Shown here piece after piece: positions 9,763 through 18,672 of a stretch of DNA of 64,000 nucleotides. Source of the stretch: an uncultured Methanomassiliicoccales archaeon (GTDB lineage: Archaea; Thermoplasmatota; Thermoplasmata; Methanomassiliicoccales; UBA472); NCBI GenBank assembly GCA_963695345.1, contig OY968769.1, positions 2,272,001 through 2,336,000 of the forward strand, given 5' to 3'. The notes beneath the pieces are model-generated. The model searched no databases. It was not told the DNA's origin and saw only the letters and a list, made by a program, of their open reading frames with translations. Each line of letters begins with the position of its first letter. Position 1 is the stretch's first letter. Made by a program: the position numbers and the translations under genes.

Positions 9763-10461
9763 ATGAGATGTCCTAGCTGTGGAATGGAAAGCGTCGCGGG
9801 AGCGAACGTGTGTGGCTATTGCGGTTACTCATTTTCGACCATCAGATCAAACCAGCAGTCGTCCAGCCCTCAATACCAGCAGCCGTACCAACCTGCTCCA
9901 GCGCAATATCAGCCAGCGCCGCCGCAGGTTCCCTACCGGCCCCCGAAGAAGATGAACAAGGGCCTGGTCGTCGGCATCGTGGCCGCCGTGCTTATCGTGG
10001 GCGCTCTGCTCGCCTACGCCGTCATCCTGCCCGCCTTGAACAGCACCAGCAATTCCAACCTCTCGCCATCCCGGGATATCGCTGGCACGTGGAAGACGAC
10101 GGTCCCCACCAAGTTCAGCTTCTCCACCGATTTCGAGTCCGATGCCGGATATCAGATGTGGAACGTCACGTTGACCATAACCAAGACTGCTGACCCTAAC
10201 GTCATGAACGTCCAGATGTACTTCGTAGTCGCCAGCAGCGCGATAAAACCAGGTTCCTTCGCGATCCCTGAGGTCTCCCCGATGTTCCTTACCGGCGCCG
10301 TAAACAGCTCGCAGATGCAGTTGCGCTCCGGGGCCGACGTGAAAGGTGTGTTCTCGTTCACCTCTACCACCATGACCGGGACCTATGACGACACCTGGGC
10401 CGCCATCTATGGCCAATCGGTCTTCACGGAGACGAACGCGATCAAGCTGTACAAGCAGTGA
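9763..10461 (+). CDS. Zinc-ribbon / single-TM / extracytoplasmic beta-barrel protein, paralog 1
   Basis: CPSC..CGYC, Q/P-rich linker, one TM helix, then a beta-rich domain (DIAGTWKT..MTGTYDD). Confidence 0.85.
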   Translation: MRCPSCGMESVAGANVCGYCGYSFSTIRSNQQSSSPQYQQPYQPAPAQYQPAPPQVPYRPPKKMNKGLVVGIVAAVLIVGALLAYAVILPALNSTSNSNLSPSRDIAGTWKTTVPTKFSFSTDFESDAGYQMWNVTLTITKTADPNVMNVQMYFVVASSAIKPGSFAIPEVSPMFLTGAVNSSQMQLRSGADVKGVFSFTSTTMTGTYDDTWAAIYGQSVFTETNAIKLYKQ

Positions 10462-10555
10462 ACGTTCGGGGACAAGGGATGATCGTCGGTCCCGTACCAT
10501 CGGGACAACAATTATCTCTTTGCTAGGCCTAGAAGCCCCGTGGGGAAGAGATCAC

Positions 10556-11263
10556 TTGAAATGTCCTTGGTGCGGTGTTGAGAACAAACCGGGGGCCGCG
10601 ACCTGCGTCGAATGCGGAGTCATGCTGTTGTCAGATGGGAGCATCGCCGGAACGGCGGCCAATCGAAGGTTGTTAGAACCCGTAAAGGCAAAGCCTAAGA
10701 CCCGAAGAAGCAGGGATGAGTCGTATGATTCGTATCGGGAGATAGGACAGACCGCTCTGATAGTGGGTGCGGTCATCGCGGCGGTGATCATCATCCTGGT
10801 GGCGCTGACATTCGTTGTTAAGGCGCCAACGGCCAACCCGGAGGGAGACACCCAAACCGCCCAACCCCTGGTGGGGACTTGGGTCACATCCGACCCTGCA
10901 TTGTTCATTGCCAGTACCAATTGGCCCACCGGCAACATGACAGCGATAGGTTACGAGAACCGCTCCTATACCTTTGTTATCACCGGGACCGACGACCCCG
11001 CCATTGTTAATGTTTACGTGACATACACGGTCCTCTTCTCAAATATAGGTCAGGGGGAGATGTACGGAACGGAACCGACGCCCAATGGCTACCAGGGAAA
11101 GGTTAACGGTACCACGCTTACACTGGAACAAGACGGCCTGTCGGCATTCTTCACCTACGATGGTGGCGTGATCACCGGTAACTGGTATGACCGGATGACA
11201 TTTTCCTATTTCACGGAAGATATACAATCTGGGAATGGCGGTTTCACCCTGATCAAACAATGA
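10556..11263 (+). CDS. Zinc-ribbon / single-TM / beta-barrel protein, paralog 2 (TTG start)
   Basis: TTG AAA TGT CCT TGG TGC at 10556 mirrors MKCPWC of paralog 3, preceded by GGGGAAG; CPWC..CVEC; TM; LVGTWVT..ITGNWYD. Confidence 0.85.
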   Translation: MKCPWCGVENKPGAATCVECGVMLLSDGSIAGTAANRRLLEPVKAKPKTRRSRDESYDSYREIGQTALIVGAVIAAVIIILVALTFVVKAPTANPEGDTQTAQPLVGTWVTSDPALFIASTNWPTGNMTAIGYENRSYTFVITGTDDPAIVNVYVTYTVLFSNIGQGEMYGTEPTPNGYQGKVNGTTLTLEQDGLSAFFTYDGGVITGNWYDRMTFSYFTEDIQSGNGGFTLIKQ

Positions 11264-11391
11264 AAGGCAAGGAAATGGATGTCAACCATTGGCCTTGAGA
11301 CCAGATCGGCCGACCAAGGATTCTCTACCTATACGAGGAAGGAGAAACACTTATCTGCCCACCATGCTTTTTCATTTGGGGGAAGTCGTTC

Positions 11392-12126
11392 ATGAAATGT
11401 CCTTGGTGCGGGGCAGACAGTCCGGTCGGAGCTATCTCTTGCTATAACTGCGGGATCACCTGGTCCGCGGAGAACGGGCCCAAGCCCTCCCCCAATGAGA
11501 TTCAGTGGCAAAATCGACCCCGGTACCAACCCGCCCAACCAGACAACTGGCAGGCCCCAAGCAAGCCCTATCAGATGAAGCCGAGGAAGCAACCGAACCA
11601 TGTGAATTTCACTGGCATCATCGTGGTGATAGTGCTGATCATGGTCCTGGTGTCGATCGCCGTGATCGGGTCAGGCAACATCAAGACCAGGGCCGATAAC
11701 CAGATCATCGGGCCATTGGATGGGACCTGGACGACGGAATCGACCACCATTTTCTACATGAAGACCGACTGGCCGAGCGGTCAGCTCACGGATGTCGGAT
11801 TCGAGGCGAGGAACGTGACCTTCGTGATCACCAGCACCTCCGAGCCGGAAAAGGTGGATGTGGAAATGTACTATTCCGTCGTATTCAGTACAGTCTCGTT
11901 TGACTCGTTCTACTATCCAGACCCCTCGCCGGAGCGCTACGACGGCAACTGGAACGGGAACTATCTAGAGCTCAGCCAGGACGGCATCCAAAAGGGCGTG
12001 TTCACCTTCACCGACACCGTCATGACCGGGACCTGGGACGACCTCGACCAGGACAGTGCCTTCTCCCAGGAATGCTACACCTCGACGGACGCGTTCATGC
12101 TGCAGAGGCCCTGGGTCGGGACCTAG
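11392..12126 (+). CDS. Zinc-ribbon / single-TM / beta-barrel protein, paralog 3
   Basis: MKCPWC..CYNC; TM; LDGTWTT..MTGTWDD; aligns with the two upstream genes. Confidence 0.85.
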   Translation: MKCPWCGADSPVGAISCYNCGITWSAENGPKPSPNEIQWQNRPRYQPAQPDNWQAPSKPYQMKPRKQPNHVNFTGIIVVIVLIMVLVSIAVIGSGNIKTRADNQIIGPLDGTWTTESTTIFYMKTDWPSGQLTDVGFEARNVTFVITSTSEPEKVDVEMYYSVVFSTVSFDSFYYPDPSPERYDGNWNGNYLELSQDGIQKGVFTFTDTVMTGTWDDLDQDSAFSQECYTSTDAFMLQRPWVGT

Positions 12127-12196
12127 GTCCATCGGACCCGTCCTTACCTGATGATTTATTCGGAAGCAGTAGGTGGTCTGAGAGGGGAAAAGCAAC

Positions 12197-15100
12197 TTAC
12201 CGCTTCCTCGATCGCATGACCAGCACGAACCCGGCCGCCACCAGCACAGCGGCCATGATGGCGGCGATGAGCGCGAGGCCCAATGAACCGATCCCTCCGT
12301 TCCCGGTGTCCACCTCGAAAACCGCTCCCCTGACCACGGTGTTCCCCGCTCCGTCCGTTACCTCCACGGTCAGCACGTGATGGCCGTCCTTCAGCCCGGA
12401 CAGGTAGATGTGGCCACCGGAGATCGGCGCATAGGCGTTATCGTCGATCTTGTAGGCCATGGTCAGGATGCCGCTCCCCTCGTCGCCGGCGGTGATGTTC
12501 AGGAGGACGGTGGTCTCCTTCAGCACGGTACCGCTCTGTATCGGTAGGTCCACCGTCGGCTTGACCGAGTCGATTCCTACAACGATCGATGCGGTCCCTG
12601 TGTTCCCCGCCCTGTCCCCTGAACGCATCTCCAGCGTGTGGTTGCCTTCGCCGGTTATCTTGAAGGCGACCTCGGAATCGGTCCAATCGCCTCCGTCCAG
12701 CCGGTATTCGGTGGTCGCCACCCCGCTCCCGCTGTCCGTCCCGAGGACCGACCCGGTGACCGTCCCGGCGAACCATCCGGTCGTGCCCTGGGCACCGTTC
12801 AGAAGGGCGTCGGCGGTAGGGGCGGTCCGGTCGATGCTGAGGTTCAGGTAATGCGACGGTTCAACGTTCCCGGCCCGGTCGATGCTGCGGTAACGCAGGG
12901 ACTGCACAGCCATCGCCGGGGACCGTGAAGATCCCAGTATACTGGATCCACGATCCCGCGCCGGCCGCCCCCTGGAGCCGGTAATAGGTGCTGTTCACTC
13001 CGCTTCCGCCATCCGACCCCCGCAGGTCGACGGTGACGTTGCCGATGTACCAGCCAGCGTTTCCCCGGTCTCCGGAAACGACGGCGTCGCTGGTCGGTGC
13101 GGTCGCATCCACGGTGAAATTGTTCCAGCGCTGCGCTTCGACGTTCCCGGCCTGGTCACCGCTGCGGAAGGTGAGGGTGTGGTTCCCCGCTGCCCCCACG
13201 GCCACGGTGCCCAGATAGTCGGACCAGACACCTCCGTCGAGAGAATATCTGGTGAACAGCAGGCCGCTACCCAGGTCCTGCGAGGTGAGCCCGACGACGA
13301 CGCTGGCATTGAACATCATATCCGCCGGGTTCCCTGGCCCGACCACGGTGCAAGAGGTCGCCGGCGCTTCCCGATCTACCTTGAAGGACATCGTCCCGAT
13401 ATTGCCCCGATTCCCGGCGACGTCAACGGAAGCGTAATGGACGGTGTGGTCTCCCTGGTCGGTGAAATTGACTGCCCCTGAATATGTCAGCCACTCCCCT
13501 CCGTCCATCCGGTATTGCGTACTCTGCACGCCGCTCAGTTGGTCCGATGCGTCGATGGCCAGGGTAACGTTGGTCACGTACCACCCGGCGTTTCCGGTGA
13601 CGCCATTCACGGTCGCCGATGACGTCGGTCCCTCGAAGTCGATCCTGACCGTCAGGGTCCTCATGCTCTCGAAATTGCCGGCCACATCGGAGGAGAAGTA
13701 CTGGATGGAATGGATGCCCGGAGCCGAGCACTGGATAGGGCCGGTATATCCGGTCCACGTCCCGGAATCGATCCGGTACGAGGTGAGGGAGACGCCGCTG
13801 GTCAGGTCGCTCACGTTCAGCGTAATGTTCACCATCCGGGTGTTCCAACCTGGAGATGCCGTGCCATCGGTCATCGCCGTCGTTGTCGGCTTGGACCGGT
13901 CCAGCGTGGTCGACGCGTCCGCGATTGATGGAACCGTTTCTCGGTTGCCTGCCCGGTCCGTTGCCACCGAATAGAACTGGTACGGTCCGTCCTCCAGGCC
14001 CAGCGCCATTGGGTCAATGTGGATCGTCCCCCCGGTCCACTGGCTGGAGGACTCGGTTTCGTTCGTGTACAGCGAATAGGCCCCCGCCGTTCCCTTCCGG
14101 TAATATATCTGGACATAGGCGATCCCGGAACCGATGTCGTTCAGATTGCAGGTGAGGTCCGTCCCGGAGTCGTTCGTGAACGTCGACAGCGGACCGATCC
14201 ACGAGCTGGGCGGGTACGGGTCGGAGACCGTGACCATCACATTGTCTATGAACACGCCGGGATAGCCGATGTCCAGCTCATGGTCGCTGACGAAGCGGAA
14301 CTCCAGGGACACGGCGTCGGATGGTATGGCCACATCGACCCTTGCCCATCCCCCGGAGATAGGGGTGGGCTGGACCCAGATGACCCGCCACGAGTGGCCA
14401 TCATTGATCCGGACGTACAAGTGATCGGTGCCGTTGGTGATCGCCCAGTACTCGAAGGAAAGTCTGGCGCCGCTGGTCCCGGTCAGGTCGGGCAGGACGA
14501 TGCTGACCGAGGCGTTCATGTGCACGTCGTAATATCCGTTCATGCCGTTGGGCAGACCGTTCCAGCCGATCCCCGAGCCGGCGCACCATAGGGCCTGGGA
14601 ACCGGTCCCGGAGAGCAACGTGCTAATTGCCCAAAGGTCCGTTCCGGCGGAGGCGTCGGTATCCTCGGCGTACCAAGAATCCGTTCCAGAAGGCTCGAAA
14701 TCATCGAAAAGGACGGCGGAAATCCCTTCCCATATGACGTTGTCGATCCAGCCGCAGTCGCTGCCGTTGCTGTTGTACTGGTCCTTGGCATAGGTCCATT
14801 CCAGCCGGTGGACCCCGGTGTGGATCGAGCTGGCCACCGTCGTCCAGGAGGTATCGTTGGAGATCCTCTGGACCAGAGTCCCGTCGATGAGGAAGTTCAG
14901 GTAGTCGTAGTCCGGCTCCGAGGAGACCTTCCAGTCGAACGAGAAGGTCCCCGGGCCCCGGACCTCGGCTATCAGCGTCGAGTTGCTGGAATCCCCGACA
15001 TCGCCGCTCTGCATGACGTGCGTCCGTCCTTGGACGTCCCTGACCCCCACCCACTGCGTTTCGGTCGAGTAAGTGAACGCCCCATCATAGTACGACAGCG

Positions 15101-16592
15101 CCTCGGACGGTGCGACGATGGATTCGGAGGGAAGCTGCGATATGATGCTGGCCGGCGTCCTGGTCGGAAGGCCGGCGGTCTCGGGACCGATCGCCGACGC
15201 CTTTCCCGCGACATAGGGGCCGGCGTACCACTCCAACCGGTACGAGGAGACCGTCCCGCTTATGTAGGATTCCCCGACGGTCAGCCTGATGCCGAAATCG
15301 CTGTCCATCAGATAGGCCGACAGGTCAGATATGTCCTGGCACATGAACGAGGGCATGAAGCTGTATGAATTGGTGTAGAAATATGGAGACACCTCGGCCA
15401 TCACCGCACCGTCGAGGTAACGGACCGCCGAGAAGGTTATCGGCGCGTCGAAGGTCGGCGACCAGTTGAAATGAAGGACGGCGAGGCTGGACGGCCGATA
15501 GTCGGCCTTGTCGGTCAACGAGATGGCCTGGAGCAGGTTGCCGATCTCCTCCACGGCGTCGTAGGAGATCCAGAAATAGCCGCTGTCACCGAACGAGCTT
15601 CCCCAGGAGTTCACCGCCTTGAACGCCCCGACATCTCCGTCGTCGGTGATGCTGTCATCGTAGCCAACGATGGTGACAGCGTGGTTGGTGTACGATGATC
15701 CATACTCATCCGAGGAAAGGACGTAGTTACCGTCCGCGAAGGCGGATGCCGGATTTCCGCCGATCGCCGAGGAGTTCAGCGCGATGGTCACCGGGTGGTC
15801 CGAGGCCAGGGAGGCTTTGATGTCCCGGATGGTCGCGGTTCCGGTATAGGGATAGTAGACGACATCATCGACCCGGTGCGCGGGAGCGTCCCTCCAGGCC
15901 GCCTCGTTCCCCCAGTCCTCATAGTCGGTGGAGTCGTATGGCAACAGGCTCCAGGTGCATACCCCGAGGGACTTGGCCACCAGGGCGTTGTCGGCGATTA
16001 TCGACCCGCCCCCGTTGATGATCACCTTGTTGAACGTCCAGCCGGGGCTCAGGAGGTGATCCTCGTTCCCCAGGCAGGCGTCGGTCCAACCGTTGTCCTC
16101 GGCCTCCAGGTAGCCATAGTTATAGTAGATCACCGAGAAGGCGGCGCAGGTCTCCCCGGTGCTCTGGTCGCGGACCTCCGGAAAGTACGGTTGGGACGAG
16201 ATGTCGTAGGCCGACGGCGTTGTCAGAAGGTACGCCGCATCATAGCTGTCGAAAACGGCGATCTTGCCGACCAGGGAATCCAGGCGCTCTTCGGTGAGGT
16301 TCGACAGTCCGGTGGTATGTGTTCCATCCGACGGGGCACCGGTCGTGATGCTATCCTGTGTCCCTCTGTTGATCAGCTGTTCCTTCATCCGCTGTATGTC
16401 CGCTTCAGTGGCCAGGTGATAGTTCAGGGACCCGGTCGCGCCATGATCGTCATGTCCTGCCGATATCCCAGTATCGGATGGAGCAGATGCCGACCAATCC
16501 GGTGTTCCCGATGAAAGCGCAAGGTCCAGGCTGCTCATGAGGGTGAAGAATACCAAAATCAAGACGAGAACATTGGTCATCCCATGTTTCAT
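12197..16592 (-). CDS. Membrane-anchored papain-family (C1A) cysteine protease with beta-sandwich and OmpL47-type Ig repeats; +1 frameshift near 12908
   Basis: Catalytic motifs DQSTGETCAAFS, NHAVTIVGYDD, VNSWG; signal peptide from MKHGM (16592); repeats D.xxP...GWY...SG...YRxDGG.W...G.H...S.D.AGN continue in ORF 12197..12913 and end in TM + RSRKR. Confidence 0.88.
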
Positions 16593-16893
16593 AGATCCAG
16601 CCAGTCGATACCCTTTTCGCCCGATATTGACCCGGTAGGTTTTGAAACTATGTCGGCCACCAGTCCGGTACAGTGCCCAACAAGGTTCCACCGGGTTCTT
16701 AGGGCTTATCAGATGCATCTCTATAGGGTCGTATATAAATAACCAATCGACAACCGAATCTCAATGCTCGATACTTCGCTCTGATGGCGAGAAGGCTGGA
16801 ACCAATCATAATTCATGAAATTCATCGTTTAGAACAGAAACCCTTTAATTACCGACCGTGGTCGGGTTATTACCAAACTATTGGTGGGGACCA

Positions 16894-18570
16894 ATGGAAC
16901 TACTGTACGTCGACGATGAGCCTTCACTTCTTGAACTGGGAAAGGAATTCCTCGAGCTCCAACCCGACCTCCATGTAACCACCCAGGTCGATCCGGTCGA
17001 AGCGCTCGCCCTGCTGAACGACAAGCACTTCGACATCATCGTCTCCGATTACATGATGCCGGGACTGACCGGACTGGAGTTCTTCAAACGCCTGCGCATC
17101 ACGGGCATTAACACTCCGTTCATCCTCTTCACCGGCAAGGGCCGGGAGGAGGTGGTCATGGACGCCATGCGGCATGGCGTCGATTTCTACATCAAGAAAG
17201 GTGGCGACGCCCAGAGCCAATTCGCCGAGCTCGTCAACGCCATCAGGCAATGCACCGCGCGCAAGGAGGCGGAGGAAGCCCTCGAGCACAACTCCCGCCG
17301 TTTCCGCACCATGATCGAGAACCAGTCGGAGATCATCGCGATCTCGGACATGTACGGGAACATCACTTTCGTCTCGAACTCGCTGAAAAGGATCCTCGGC
17401 TACGAGTCCGAGGAGTTCATCGGGAGGAACATCGCGAAGTTCTTCGTGGACCCGGCCCAGTTCGACCTCCGGCCCAGGATCGGCAGGCCAGAGATGTCCT
17501 CCGATATGACCTTCAAGATGGAAGCGGAGATGAGGCATAAGGACGGCTCGACCCGGTACATGGAGATGAGAGGACAGTTGTTGAAAAGGGACGGCGTGTG
17601 CAACGAGGTCCTGGTGAACGCCTACGACATAACCGGCCGCAGGCAGGACGAGAGGCGTATCAATCATCTGATCAACGTCCTCAAGGCCATCAGGCAGGTC
17701 AACAAGTCCATCACCACCGAGACCGATCCGACGTCGCTGCTCAAGAGGGTCTGCGACATAGCCGTCGAACGCGGCTATTCCACCGCTTGGGCGATAATTT
17801 TTGGGGATGGCGACAGACCTGCCCGTCTGGCCGAGACCGGTATCGGGCAGCCGTTCGAAGAAGTACGGGGCAAGTACCAGGCGGAGGAACCGCTCCTGTG
17901 CACCAACTATATCCTATCGGGAGAGGACATCATGGTCAATGAGATGCCCCAGAACACCTGTCCCGATTGCCCGCTGAACAGTTTCCCCCACGACCACATA
18001 CACGTGGCCAAACCGCTCGCCTACGCCGGCAGGACATTCGGCCAGTTCTCGGTCACGCTGCCGCAGGAGCTGTTCTCCCCGGATGAACTGTCGGTGCTCG
18101 GGGAGATCGCCGAGGACATGTCCTTCGCCTTGCACCATCTGCTGTTGGGGCAGGAGAACGAGGACCAGAAGCTCACCATGGTCAAGATGAAGCGATTTTT
18201 CCTGGAACGCTTCACCATGATGGACGAACCCACCTTCGTTGTGAGACAAGAGACCTCAGAGGCGGGCAAAGCACGGCTGACCATCGAGGGTGCCAGCCAA
18301 GCTTTCCTCCAGGCCACGGGATTCAATGGTACGCTGACCGGGATGGACGTTTCCGCCCTGGCGGAGAACCTTCCTGATGGCAGGGAACTGGTTCGGATAA
18401 TCGAGGAGGTCGTCCAATCGAAGATCCCCCAGTCGGTCTCGATCCGTTCCGCCTTCACCGGGGATGATTACCTGGCGTTCATCTTCGCTCCCGGCACCGA
18501 TTATTCCGGGATAATGATGATACGGTCGGTAAAGACGGCAATATCGTTGTGCGTAGGCCGGGCTGGATAA
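16894..18570 (+). CDS. Response regulator REC-PAS-GAF-(PAS-like) protein with no output domain
   Basis: MELLYVDDEP..IIVSDYMMP..FILFTGKG..FYIKK is an intact receiver; PAS (DMYGNITFVS..LGY..EFIGRN..HKDGS); GAF (LLKRVCDIAVERGYSTAW..PLAYAG..ELSVLGEIAEDMSFAL). Confidence 0.88.
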   Translation: MELLYVDDEPSLLELGKEFLELQPDLHVTTQVDPVEALALLNDKHFDIIVSDYMMPGLTGLEFFKRLRITGINTPFILFTGKGREEVVMDAMRHGVDFYIKKGGDAQSQFAELVNAIRQCTARKEAEEALEHNSRRFRTMIENQSEIIAISDMYGNITFVSNSLKRILGYESEEFIGRNIAKFFVDPAQFDLRPRIGRPEMSSDMTFKMEAEMRHKDGSTRYMEMRGQLLKRDGVCNEVLVNAYDITGRRQDERRINHLINVLKAIRQVNKSITTETDPTSLLKRVCDIAVERGYSTAWAIIFGDGDRPARLAETGIGQPFEEVRGKYQAEEPLLCTNYILSGEDIMVNEMPQNTCPDCPLNSFPHDHIHVAKPLAYAGRTFGQFSVTLPQELFSPDELSVLGEIAEDMSFALHHLLLGQENEDQKLTMVKMKRFFLERFTMMDEPTFVVRQETSEAGKARLTIEGASQAFLQATGFNGTLTGMDVSALAENLPDGRELVRIIEEVVQSKIPQSVSIRSAFTGDDYLAFIFAPGTDYSGIMMIRSVKTAISLCVGRAG

Positions 18571-18672
18571 CGCAAAATACGATGGACAAAGGTCGCCCCG
18601 GATTCTTGCCGAATCCCGCAGGGTACATCCCCAGGCTTTAGAGGGATGATACCTAATCTGAACGAATTCCGA

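Noticed and set aside
10385-10555. N-terminal extensions given by the ORF track (also 16593-16718, 57426-57776, 62026-62199, 62771-62875)
   Set aside because: They overlap neighbouring genes or promoters; paralog alignment and SD position support the downstream starts
12124-12200. Pyrrolysine read-through at TAG-ending genes (also checked 7733, 18673, 31180, 39549)
   Set aside because: Each TAG falls near the C-terminus expected from paralogs or family, and the downstream in-frame sequence is short or shows no domain-like content
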